A stretch of DNA of 64,000 bases from Candidatus Aenigmatarchaeota archaeon (GCA_018304635.1 JAGVVW010000001.1:43693-107692); one strand, 5' to 3'; positions 19,073 through 28,461 are shown, counted from the first letter of the stretch. Notes: generated by a model from the sequence alone, not told the origin. Made by a program: numbers and translations.

Positions 19073-19486
19073 ATGTCAATACCGATGTATCATAGAATGA
19101 AATTTGAACGATATAAGTTACATGGAAGTATGTGTAAAAAATGTAAAATTATTTCCTACCCTATTGAAAATTTATGCAGCAAATGTGGTGAAAAATCTGA
19201 CATAATAGAACTACCTACAACAGGTATTGTAATATCGAATACAACAATATATGTATCACCTAAAGGATTTGATGCACCATATTCTATAGCTTTAGTGAAA
19301 TTGGATGTGAAAGAGAAAAAATTCAAGGCTTTGGACGATATGATAATACCAGTAAATGATGTGATAATACCAGTACAGACAACTGAAAAGGTTGAAATCG
19401 GTGATGTAGTTTGTGCTACATTCAGAAAAATATCTGAAAGTGAAAATGGCGTGATTAACTATGGTTTGAAATTTGAGAAAGTATAG
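19073..19486 (+). CDS. DUF35 OB-fold / zinc-ribbon protein (thiolase / HMGCS scaffold subunit)
   Basis: CKKCKIISYPIENLCSKCGEKS zinc ribbon followed by an OB-fold region. The start is taken at MSIPMYHR; the ORF track starts earlier, at 19037. Confidence 0.75.
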   Translation: MSIPMYHRMKFERYKLHGSMCKKCKIISYPIENLCSKCGEKSDIIELPTTGIVISNTTIYVSPKGFDAPYSIALVKLDVKEKKFKALDDMIIPVNDVIIPVQTTEKVEIGDVVCATFRKISESENGVINYGLKFEKV

Positions 19487-19489
19487 TAA

Positions 19490-19981
19490 TTTTCAGACAT
19501 TCATTGCAAACTTGATGAATGTGTAAGTGACCCTGTTATTTCTTCTGGAGATTTTTATTTTACATTCGAAATACCATGTATTTTATGATATTTTAGAATA
19601 ATAATCTTGAAAATGATGTAATTGACTGATATGCGTATTTGACAATTTTCTGGTAACTATACTATAACATTGTTATCTAAAAATAGTATTATATATACGA
19701 TTTCCATGAGAAATGTGGGGGTGAGCATTATATTATCTGAACTGTTGTTTCCAATGGAAATGATTGAATTTCTATTTTGGCGTCTGGAAAATCTTAAATA
19801 GGTTCCATGAGAAGTAATGGTTATATTTGATTTTGAGTTTTTTCGAGTGTTGGGTGTTTATAATTGAATTTATATAAGAAATTATTTGAAGATTATAGTG
19901 ATTGAGTTCACAAAACGGACTCAATCAAAATATACCTCAGAAACTTAATAGAAATACTAATAACATGATTTGGTGATATGA
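19490..19981. other. Candidate replication origin (oriC) with ORB-like boxes
   Basis: 492-bp AT-rich intergenic region directly upstream of orc1/cdc6. ORB-like boxes: tttccatgagaaatgtgggggtg (19701-19724, dyad plus G-string), tttccaatggaaat (19748-19761, perfect mini-ORB dyad) and ggttccatgagaag (19801-19814). Confidence 0.5.
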
Positions 19982-21193
19982 TTGCAAAAATCATTATATA
20001 ATCTAAATAATGGTGAAAATATATTTTCAGGTTATGTTGAACGCAAAAGCCTTTTTAAGAATAAAAGGGTTTTGTCATCAAGTTTTATTCCTGATAATAT
20101 ACCACACAGAGACGCTGAAATCAGTCAGATAAGTTCGATTATAGCGCCGGCTTTGCGCGGGTATACTCCGAATAATGTTTTTATTTACGGGACATGCGGT
20201 ACAGGAAAATCCCTGACAGTCCAGTTTGTTCTGAATCAATTACATGAAGTAAATAAGAATGCTGATAATGAAATCAAAAGCATGTACATTAATTGTAAAA
20301 TGAAAAAGGTTGCTGATACTGAATATAGGCTATTTGCTCATATGTTAAAAGAGATCGGCCACGATGTTCCAGATACAGGATTGCCAACAGATGTTTTATA
20401 TAATAAATTTTTCGAAACAATAGATTCCAAGAAACAGCTTATTATAATAATACTTGATGAAATAGATGCATTGTTTAAGAAAGTCGGGGATGAATTTCTT
20501 TATAATTTAACGCGAATAAATCTTGAACTTAAACAGGCACAGATAAGCCTAATCGGCATTACTAATGATCTATCATTTCTAAATGATCTGGATGCACGGG
20601 TGAAGTCTTCTTTGGGTGAAGAGGAAATTCTATTCAAGCCCTATAATGCTATGCAGCTTAAGGATATTTTAATGAATCGTGTTAAAGAAGGATTTAATCA
20701 AAGCGATATTGATAATGTTGTTGTTAATAAGTGCGCTGCACTTGCTGCACAAGAGCATGGTGATGCAAGACGGGCATTGGATTTATTACGTGTTGCCGGA
20801 GAACTGGCTGAAAGATTAGGAGACGTAAAGGTTGAAGAAAAACATGTTAATATGGCAGAAGAGAAAATTGACATTGATAAAATTATTGAAATAATAAAAA
20901 CCCAACCAAAACAATCACAGGCTGTCTTATATGCTATTATAAACTGCGATGAAAAATGCCTTACAGGAGACGTGTTTGAAAAATATAAAGATATTTGCCT
21001 GAAAAATAATATAAAAATTTTAACACAGCGGCGAGTCGGTGATTTGATAAATGAGATGGATATGTTGAGTATCCTCACATCCAAAGTTATAAGCAAAGGC
21101 CGTTACGGCAGGACCAGGGCAATATCGCTTTCTGTTTCTGATAATGTGTCAAACAAGATAAGAAACATACTTAAGACGAGATTTGAGTTATGA
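19982..21193 (+). CDS. orc1: Orc1 / Cdc6 replication initiator
   Basis: Walker A IYGTCGTGKS, Walker B IIILDEID, and a C-terminal winged helix; 403 aa. Confidence 0.9.
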   Translation: MQKSLYNLNNGENIFSGYVERKSLFKNKRVLSSSFIPDNIPHRDAEISQISSIIAPALRGYTPNNVFIYGTCGTGKSLTVQFVLNQLHEVNKNADNEIKSMYINCKMKKVADTEYRLFAHMLKEIGHDVPDTGLPTDVLYNKFFETIDSKKQLIIIILDEIDALFKKVGDEFLYNLTRINLELKQAQISLIGITNDLSFLNDLDARVKSSLGEEEILFKPYNAMQLKDILMNRVKEGFNQSDIDNVVVNKCAALAAQEHGDARRALDLLRVAGELAERLGDVKVEEKHVNMAEEKIDIDKIIEIIKTQPKQSQAVLYAIINCDEKCLTGDVFEKYKDICLKNNIKILTQRRVGDLINEMDMLSILTSKVISKGRYGRTRAISLSVSDNVSNKIRNILKTRFEL

Positions 21194-22278
21194 TAATGGA
21201 GAAATCTGAAATTGTTAAAAAATTTATGGAACGCGGCTATTTACTAAGCCCGGCGGCTCTTGAAAAAGTTGATGAAACAAATATCAACCGGCTTTTAGAA
21301 AAAACTTATGATAATCTGGTTTTGTGTGAAAATGATTTTGTTTTAGAGAAAAAACAGGAAAATTATTTTAAAATTCTGAAAAATCTGTCAGTAAAGCCGG
21401 ACAGCATCAATATCGGTGATGTGAGTAATTTTTATATTGATAAATATAAAAAAATGAGCAATATAATACGCATGCGAGTGCAGAAAAACTTCATATCCAT
21501 AAATAAAATGATGTCAGGGCAAAAAGGAAATGTTATAGGAATTATAAAGGATATCAAACCGCAAAACAATGGATATGAACTGACAATTGAAGATATTACA
21601 GGAATTATTATAGCCACAGCACAGAATTTATCAGAGGCTCTTGTAAATGATGTTGCTGCTTTTAGCATTGATGAAAACAGCAATTGTGAGATTTTATGGC
21701 CAGATGTTCCTATACGAACATCAGTGAAAGGTTTTGGTAAAATCTGCTTTATTTCAGATCTTCATCTTAATGAAATTGATAAAAAATCACACGAGCAGTT
21801 GTATGAATGGCTGTATAAAAACAGATTTGATTTTGTTCTGGTTGCGGGTGACATTGGTGATGTAGATGATTTTAAGAAAAATGTATCTAATATCCAGACA
21901 CAGTTTATAATAATTTCAGACCCGCATAAAACAAAAGACAATTATCCGAATACGGGCGGCGGCACTGAAGGAAATTTGATATGGCTGAGTAATCCGAGTA
22001 TGGTTGAAATAAACGGTATTGTAATTCTTATAATACATGAATTTGATAAAACAATGCTAAAGAAAAGATATCTCGGTTGCAGTCATGAAATACTACCTGA
22101 GGATTTTCTGGTTCTGGACATAATTCCGGATATTGTTCATTATGGTCACACACACCAGCCATTTATTGAACATTACAAATCCATTTCAATTCTTAACAGC
22201 GGCTCACTGCTTGAGGAATTCAGGCCTGTTATTCTAAATTTAGAGACAAGGGAAATTGAGTTCGGGAAGATATCGTGA
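21190..22278 (+). CDS. DNA polymerase II small subunit (DP1)-like calcineurin-type phosphoesterase, unusually short
   Basis: N-terminus EIVKKFMERGYLLSPAALE resembles the DP1 N-domain. PDE motifs ISDLHLNE, VAGDIGDVDD and YGHTHQP are present. Overlaps the orc1 stop (ATGA). Confidence 0.55.
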   Translation: MIMEKSEIVKKFMERGYLLSPAALEKVDETNINRLLEKTYDNLVLCENDFVLEKKQENYFKILKNLSVKPDSINIGDVSNFYIDKYKKMSNIIRMRVQKNFISINKMMSGQKGNVIGIIKDIKPQNNGYELTIEDITGIIIATAQNLSEALVNDVAAFSIDENSNCEILWPDVPIRTSVKGFGKICFISDLHLNEIDKKSHEQLYEWLYKNRFDFVLVAGDIGDVDDFKKNVSNIQTQFIIISDPHKTKDNYPNTGGGTEGNLIWLSNPSMVEINGIVILIIHEFDKTMLKKRYLGCSHEILPEDFLVLDIIPDIVHYGHTHQPFIEHYKSISILNSGSLLEEFRPVILNLETREIEFGKIS

Positions 22279-22608
22279 ATCGCGTGTTGAAGCAAGTTGA
22301 AAATTTCTTTCAACAGCACTACGAATTGTGTAATCCTGTTCAATAAATTCTTTAATCAGGAAGAGATGTTTTTGATGTCGTTGTAATTTACTTAGTTTCT
22401 TATCCAGAAACACAGCTATGTCAATGTCGCTTAATGGGCCTTCCTCGTTTCTGGCAGACGAACCAAATAAGTATACCAACTTAATATATTTCTGTTTTTT
22501 CAGAAAACCCTTCAGCTGAACAAGTTTTGTTCTGGATATCATGATACGATTTAGTTTGAAAATATAAATAAATATACCAATATAATTATACATGGGAAAT
22601 ATGAACAA
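22240..22608 (-). CDS. Nucleotidyltransferase (MNT-type)
   Basis: LVYLFGSSARNEEGPLSDIDIAVFLD NTase motif. Confidence 0.5.
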   Translation of the reverse strand: MFIFPMYNYIGIFIYIFKLNRIMISRTKLVQLKGFLKKQKYIKLVYLFGSSARNEEGPLSDIDIAVFLDKKLSKLQRHQKHLFLIKEFIEQDYTIRSAVERNFQLASTRDSRYLPELNFPCL

Positions 22609-23857
22609 ACAAGAAAAAGAAACATTTGAAGAGACATCATACGCACTTTTCAGAACAGAATTGGATACATCAAGGTTTCATTCTCAGTATTACGCTTCTT
22701 TGAAGGATATGTGGAAGGAACAAATATATGCTCTGCGTGGATTTTATCAGGATTATTCAGAACATCTCAAAGGGTTTGAAGAGCCACAAAGATTCCTTCT
22801 GGAATATGTTTTAGCTACACGGGAATTTTTAAAATCCAGATTGGAAATACTCGGCGGCCAGGAAAAAGTGGAAATAGAAGAAATGACCGAAGGTGAAATG
22901 CGATTACCAAGATACCCGGGCTTCAGGCTCAAAGAATATATAGACAGAATGCCTCCAGGTGATTTCGAAATGATGTCTACAATGTTCAGAGAGGATTATT
23001 ATAATGCAGGAATGGAATATCCATTATGGATCGCTGATATAGTCGGAGAATTTTACCTGCGTTATTTTATAAAAGAACACGGTATTAATGCAGATTTATT
23101 CACACGCCACTCCGGGTGGAGCTCTTCTGGATTTACTACTCTATCAGCGGCAAATGATTCTGGAGCATCTATAATAGCAGACCCATTTGATGGCGTTACG
23201 CTATATTACTTTAATGAACGGAATATAGCAAGTGTTTCCATTACCCTGCATTCCGGAGCTGATACCTCTTGTGTAGTTGCCAGATTGTTTGACAACACCA
23301 TTTACTTTGCTGATAATCAGAATATATTTATCCGGTTTATATCAAAGGAAATGTTGAACCGAGGCAAAACAAACATAAATTATATAAAATCAGCCACATC
23401 TGAATATCAGAAACCCCTCGAGGATGCAAGGATCGAGATTGGAACAACGAATCCAAAGAGAATAGCATCATACAGACCTATTATACAGCACTTGTTACAA
23501 ACCAACCGAAAAGGAAGGATAGGAACTGATATTGGTCAATATGCACCCATGAAATTAGTAAAAGGAACATCTGATGTTGTATTGAATTTCATAAATGGTG
23601 ATCCTATTCATAAATGCATATACCTTTTCATACCACAGCAAGCAGGCATGGTTGTTCGGGATGTTCATGGACAGGTCTTCGATGTAATAGAACAGATTAG
23701 GAGATTAAAAGCTGACCCTCGTGCTAAATACGAGTTCACTGCTACGCGACCGGAATATTCTGATGCCACAACAAAACTCGTAGAGGAATTTCTTCCATAT
23801 ACCATTGTGGATTTAGATGATGCAGAAAGAGAGATATCAGAGTTATTCCGTTCATAG
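22592..23857 (+). CDS. Hypothetical protein (421 aa), probably co-transcribed with the downstream kinase
   Basis: No recognisable motif; 11-nt gap to the kinase gene. Confidence 0.4.
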   Translation: MGNMNKQEKETFEETSYALFRTELDTSRFHSQYYASLKDMWKEQIYALRGFYQDYSEHLKGFEEPQRFLLEYVLATREFLKSRLEILGGQEKVEIEEMTEGEMRLPRYPGFRLKEYIDRMPPGDFEMMSTMFREDYYNAGMEYPLWIADIVGEFYLRYFIKEHGINADLFTRHSGWSSSGFTTLSAANDSGASIIADPFDGVTLYYFNERNIASVSITLHSGADTSCVVARLFDNTIYFADNQNIFIRFISKEMLNRGKTNINYIKSATSEYQKPLEDARIEIGTTNPKRIASYRPIIQHLLQTNRKGRIGTDIGQYAPMKLVKGTSDVVLNFINGDPIHKCIYLFIPQQAGMVVRDVHGQVFDVIEQIRRLKADPRAKYEFTATRPEYSDATTKLVEEFLPYTIVDLDDAEREISELFRS

Positions 23858-23868
23858 AGATGGTTTAA

Positions 23869-24987
23869 ATGGATTATCAGTTGGGTGATATAATACGGCT
23901 TCTTAAAGAGCAAAGCGAAAAGTATGGAATTGAAAGGGGATTTCTTAATAGGTTAAAAGACCTGATAAAAAGAGACAGAGAAGAAACAGATTATTATTAC
24001 TGTACAAGTGCAGAGGAAATATTCGAAACTGCCAGAATAGAAAGAATGCTTGAAATACCACATCTTGAATTCAGAAAACGAATGGGCCAGGGTTTGTTCT
24101 CAAAGGTTTATCTTGCATTTGACACCAGACATGATCAGTATGTTGCTGTTAAGGTACTGGAGGAACAGGAACCAGATGATAGAAGAAAAAATTTTCTTGC
24201 AAAAATGGGTTGTAAAACCATGCGTGATGTATGGGATAAAGAAATGAGCGTACTAGGAAAGTTAAGGGATAAAAAACATCCGAATATAGTTAATGTACAC
24301 GAAGACGGAGAAAAAGGTGGGTATTACTATATAGTTCTGGAATATTTTGAAAGAACACTTGCAGATATTATGTCAGAAGAGAGTGCTTTTTCGCCGCATA
24401 TTTTCACGCATTATTCAAGAGAAATTGCAAGTGCTTTGGCATATGTACATTCAATGAATTTGGTTCATGGAGATATTAAGCCGGAAAACATCGGTATCAG
24501 AAAAGATATTGGTAATGGTGTCATTCGTCTGGCAGATTTTGGATTTAGTTCTCTCGTATCCGGAGAAATAACAAATGATAGCAGGTATCATGACGCAGGT
24601 CTATTTACAACAGCTCCTGAATTGTTTGACCGTGGTGTGCGCATAATGCCATATTGTGATGTCTGGTCAGTCGGGTCTATAATGTACAGGATGTTGTTTG
24701 GCGAATACCCATTTATACCAAAGTGCGAAAAGCCTGGGACAGAATGGAGGAAGCTGTCTCCAGATGAAAGAAATAAAGTGAGGGATAAAGCTATACTAGC
24801 TTTGAGAAGTGAAGAAGAGTTCAGAAGAGTACACGCAAGAATTGACCATGAAGCAGGCGAATTTTCGTATATAATTAGGAGATGCTTGGATTTCTATCCG
24901 GAGAACCGGTATCCAGATGGTTCTGGTTTACTGGAAGATGTGGAAAAATTAACAAACACCGGGAATATTTCTACAATTCCATACTAA
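23869..24987 (+). CDS. Eukaryotic-like Ser/Thr protein kinase
   Basis: Gly-loop MGQGLFSKVY, VAVKVL, catalytic HGDIKPENIGI, DFGFS and TAPELF; 372 aa. Confidence 0.75.
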   Translation: MDYQLGDIIRLLKEQSEKYGIERGFLNRLKDLIKRDREETDYYYCTSAEEIFETARIERMLEIPHLEFRKRMGQGLFSKVYLAFDTRHDQYVAVKVLEEQEPDDRRKNFLAKMGCKTMRDVWDKEMSVLGKLRDKKHPNIVNVHEDGEKGGYYYIVLEYFERTLADIMSEESAFSPHIFTHYSREIASALAYVHSMNLVHGDIKPENIGIRKDIGNGVIRLADFGFSSLVSGEITNDSRYHDAGLFTTAPELFDRGVRIMPYCDVWSVGSIMYRMLFGEYPFIPKCEKPGTEWRKLSPDERNKVRDKAILALRSEEEFRRVHARIDHEAGEFSYIIRRCLDFYPENRYPDGSGLLEDVEKLTNTGNISTIPY

Positions 24988-25888
24988 GTCTAAAACCAAG
25001 AATATTTGCAATTATCTGTGTTATAACCAGTACATAATGCGTTACTCTTACATCAGACCCGCATCGGGACTTGAAATTTTCATGGCATTCCTTTACTATT
25101 TTCTTTCTTTTTTCAAATATTTGATATAACTGATGTGTATCGAATTTATAGAAAATCCTGTTCATGTCGAGCAGAAGTTCATGCATATCCATAAATAAAC
25201 GAACGGTTTTTTTTGATAGGTTTTTGATGTTTTTATCCGATTCGTTTAAATAGAAGCACAGGTATTTAAGTTCGTCACCAATTCTTTCCAGCTCTTCGTT
25301 TGTGATGTACATATATGTATTGTTTTTGTAATCTTCCAGTCCATTTTTGTTTATAATTCTTCTACAGAAGTTTGTAGTCCGGTTTATGCTGTCTTCAAAA
25401 GGAAAAAGGCCCGGTATGCCATCATTACTTTTGTGTTCCATTGATTCGATTATTCCGGAGGAAAATAGCTTCAACAACACAAATGTTCTTCTCATCATGG
25501 TATTGAATTCTGTTTCCAGCGCATCAGCAATATTTTTAATTACACAACGGTCTCTCCCCTGTGATATTATTTCATAACCAACAAGAGCCTCTTGTATTGT
25601 TTTGTTAACAGGTATCATGAGTTTTGAATTTTCAAATTTTATATGAAGTTCATCATATCCTCTCCTGTACAAACCGCTCACAACTCTCGGAACAATTAGG
25701 TCTAATTTTGATATATCAATGCTCTTTGCCATTAAATCGGGTCTTTTTTTCGTTCCCAGGATAAGATTATACTCATGTTCAGTCATTTCAATCTCATCAC
25801 CTTTTTTCAGGTTGTATTTTCTCGCCCAACCTGAAGGTATGGAAACCATTAGAGTTGTCCCGCCCTGTTCAACTAACTTTCTTTTCAT
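24971..25888 (-). CDS. AbrB/SpoVT-like DNA-binding domain fused to a PhoU-like domain
   Basis: N-terminus KLVEQGGTTLMVSIPSGWARKYNLKKGDEIEM is a swapped-hairpin AbrB/MazE-like domain. The C-terminal helical repeats with ERIGDELKYL resemble PhoU. Confidence 0.5.
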   Translation of the reverse strand: MKRKLVEQGGTTLMVSIPSGWARKYNLKKGDEIEMTEHEYNLILGTKKRPDLMAKSIDISKLDLIVPRVVSGLYRRGYDELHIKFENSKLMIPVNKTIQEALVGYEIISQGRDRCVIKNIADALETEFNTMMRRTFVLLKLFSSGIIESMEHKSNDGIPGLFPFEDSINRTTNFCRRIINKNGLEDYKNNTYMYITNEELERIGDELKYLCFYLNESDKNIKNLSKKTVRLFMDMHELLLDMNRIFYKFDTHQLYQIFEKRKKIVKECHENFKSRCGSDVRVTHYVLVITQIIANILGFRLSMEL

Positions 25889-26000
25889 GTATTCAGTTTG
25901 TATAGTAAAAATTTAAGTTTTTCCCCAGACTTTATAGTTTTAAAGTAATTTATAGAATTTAATGATAATCTATATAGAAAGAGTTTAATATATATATAGC

Positions 26001-26804
26001 ATGGTTACAAGCTACATAAAACTGAATTCTTTACAACACACATACATGGAAAGTCATGATGTGGGTTTTTTTCTTCCGGGTTGGATGCAAAGAAATGAAA
26101 ATGTTGTTTTAACCAGCCCTCATGATGATGACGTTCTTTTTGGATGCGGCCTTATGCTTCAAATACTCAAGGAAGAGGGTGCTGAGATATATGTTGCTGT
26201 TATGACCAATGGTGATAAAGGATATTGTAACGAAGAAAGACTTGGGAAAAATAATATCGTAGAAGCGAGAAAAGAGGCAACCTTCAGAGCGTATGATGAG
26301 ATAGGAATCGATGCAAATCATTTAATACGTTTTGAATATCCGGATTCTGAACTTGCTTTTCATATAGACTGGAAGCTTATATCGAGAATGATAGAATTCT
26401 ACAGGAATGTTGATGCCACGAGATTGTTCGTTCCAAATGAAAATGATTTTCATATAGATCACAAGGTTTCATTCAATCCGGTTGGGATATATTGTGGTAT
26501 ACAGGCTAGCACGTCGATTCTCCCGGATCTGGGAGAGCCATGTAATATAAAGACTATACTCAGGTATCCGGTCTGGATGGATTTTGCTGGAAGTCCTTCA
26601 CATATTGTCACCACAGATATGGAAAAACAGAAAAGAAAAATACAGAGCATTGGTTGTTATAGAAAAGTTCAGCCACAGATGGCTGAAACAATCAGAGAGA
26701 TAGAGGAGCGTGGACCAAAAGAATATTTTCAAGAATATAAAATTGAAATGTTTTCGGCCAGAGAAATTGATGAAATGTTCGAGGAGAAGTATCATGCTGA
26801 GTAA
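26001..26804 (+). CDS. PIG-L / LmbE family N-acetylglucosaminyl deacetylase
   Basis: LTSPHDDDVLFGCGLML (HPDDE-type zinc motif); 267 aa. Confidence 0.7.
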   Translation: MVTSYIKLNSLQHTYMESHDVGFFLPGWMQRNENVVLTSPHDDDVLFGCGLMLQILKEEGAEIYVAVMTNGDKGYCNEERLGKNNIVEARKEATFRAYDEIGIDANHLIRFEYPDSELAFHIDWKLISRMIEFYRNVDATRLFVPNENDFHIDHKVSFNPVGIYCGIQASTSILPDLGEPCNIKTILRYPVWMDFAGSPSHIVTTDMEKQKRKIQSIGCYRKVQPQMAETIREIEERGPKEYFQEYKIEMFSAREIDEMFEEKYHAE

Positions 26805-27381
26805 AAAATATTTGGTTGTTGAGCCACATCCGGATGATTTTATTCTTATGTTTGGCGGAACAGCTGCCCGTGCCTCTAAGGAGGGTCGTGTCTATGTTGT
26901 CACGCTTACAGGCGGCGGCCAGGCTGCATCATCTTCTGCTCAGGACAGCAGGCTGAAAGAAAAAAGAAAAACAGAATCACAGATAGTTGATGAAATCCTG
27001 GGAACAACGGAAAGAGTGATATTGCCATATGATACGAGAAAGATATGGGATAATAGTTCATGTGTATATAATGATATGATGAGGTTGATAAGGTATTATG
27101 CTCCTGATGTGGTTGTCGCCACGTTCAATGACAGACGCCATCCTGACCATATGTGGCTTGCTGAATTTATAGAGCCTCTGCTCTATCAGGTCGGAGAAAA
27201 TATAAGATTGGAAGAATTCGGGCCGCCTGTTTTTCCATTACTATGGTATGGCGAAAATCCAAGAGCACAGTTTCAATATCCAAATATATTCATTGACATA
27301 ACAGATAGCATGGAGAAAAAAACAAGAGCACTCGAAAGCCAGACATCTCAGATACCAATTCTCGGAGAGCATATATCATAG
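26794..27381 (+). CDS. Second PIG-L / LmbE family deacetylase, ended by an in-frame TAG that appears to lie inside the domain
   Basis: MLSKKYLVVEPHPDDFILMFGGT. The same frame continues after the TAG (27379-27381) as DVKALAAYRAIGMDAEYVEAFKEV, the usual LmbE C-terminal region, with no further stop until the end of the IMPase ORF. Confidence 0.6.
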   Translation: MLSKKYLVVEPHPDDFILMFGGTAARASKEGRVYVVTLTGGGQAASSSAQDSRLKEKRKTESQIVDEILGTTERVILPYDTRKIWDNSSCVYNDMMRLIRYYAPDVVVATFNDRRHPDHMWLAEFIEPLLYQVGENIRLEEFGPPVFPLLWYGENPRAQFQYPNIFIDITDSMEKKTRALESQTSQIPILGEHIS

Positions 27382-27417
27382 GATGTCAAAGCTCTCGCTG
27401 CTTACAGAGCAATTGGA

Positions 27418-28461
27418 ATGGATGCAGAATACGTAGAAGCGTTTAAAGAAGTTCTCGTATACAGAAAACTGACCAGGGGTTTGATATCAATGAGTGAGTT
27501 AAACATGGAAACAGAGCTCTTCGAGGATAGAAGAGAAAAATATGCACCTGATTTTGGACAGTATGCTGCCTTTGTTTTGGCTGCTGTTCAGGGATCAATG
27601 GAAAAGATCAATGCTTTAGCATCCAAGGAAGGCACGCAAATTGTGGCAACAAGAACCGGTGATTATCGGCCTTTTGATCCTGATACATTGCGTGTTGATG
27701 AAGTAGCTGAAGGATATTTTTTCCAGAGAATCAGAGAAAGGAAAAGTCCGACCATTGTTATATCAGAAGAATTAGAGAAAGGAAGGGCAATACTTCCAGA
27801 AGGTGCTGACGAGAATGACGCAGACATTTACGCTGTTTCAGATCCATTTGATGGTTCATTGTTATATAAAAGACAAATACCAGTATTCTGGTACACCACC
27901 CTGGCATTTTATAGCAAGATCGGCATACCACTATCAGCAGCTGTTTGCGATGTTCTGAATCATTCTGTTGATTTTGCCAACGAAGAGCATGCATATAGGG
28001 CTCAGTTTGAAGATAGTAAATTGGTTTTTGTCAGAGATTTATGTCCTGCAGAAACAACAGATATTGACAGAAAAACCATCGTTGAGACCTATATGATGAA
28101 AGGTCATAGGATGTATCCTGCTAGTAGAATATGGGAGCCGTTGTTGTCCAGAGTTTTTATTTTACCAAATGGTGGGCCAGCTGGTTATGCTGATGTAGCA
28201 AAAGGTAATGTAGATATTTATTTGGCTCTGGAAGAAGCACATGTAGAAAATTTTTCAGCCCTGCCAGTAGCACGGAATTCAGGAGCAGTGGTGACAGACT
28301 TTGACGGCAATCCTGTAAAATTTGAAGACAAACCATTGAAAAAATACTTTATCCTATGCACAGCCAACCCGGAGTTGCATGATAAAGCATTGAAAATAAT
28401 CAGTGAAATAAACTGGAAGAATGAAGAATATTACAGAAAAATACTTGAACATCAGCAGTAA
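27418..28461 (+). CDS. Inositol monophosphatase / FBPase family phosphatase, in frame with the upstream PIG-L
   Basis: VSDPFDGS (DPIDGT-like) metal-binding motif and an EEL...E region; 347 aa from the first ATG. Confidence 0.55.
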   Translation: MDAEYVEAFKEVLVYRKLTRGLISMSELNMETELFEDRREKYAPDFGQYAAFVLAAVQGSMEKINALASKEGTQIVATRTGDYRPFDPDTLRVDEVAEGYFFQRIRERKSPTIVISEELEKGRAILPEGADENDADIYAVSDPFDGSLLYKRQIPVFWYTTLAFYSKIGIPLSAAVCDVLNHSVDFANEEHAYRAQFEDSKLVFVRDLCPAETTDIDRKTIVETYMMKGHRMYPASRIWEPLLSRVFILPNGGPAGYADVAKGNVDIYLALEEAHVENFSALPVARNSGAVVTDFDGNPVKFEDKPLKKYFILCTANPELHDKALKIISEINWKNEEYYRKILEHQQ

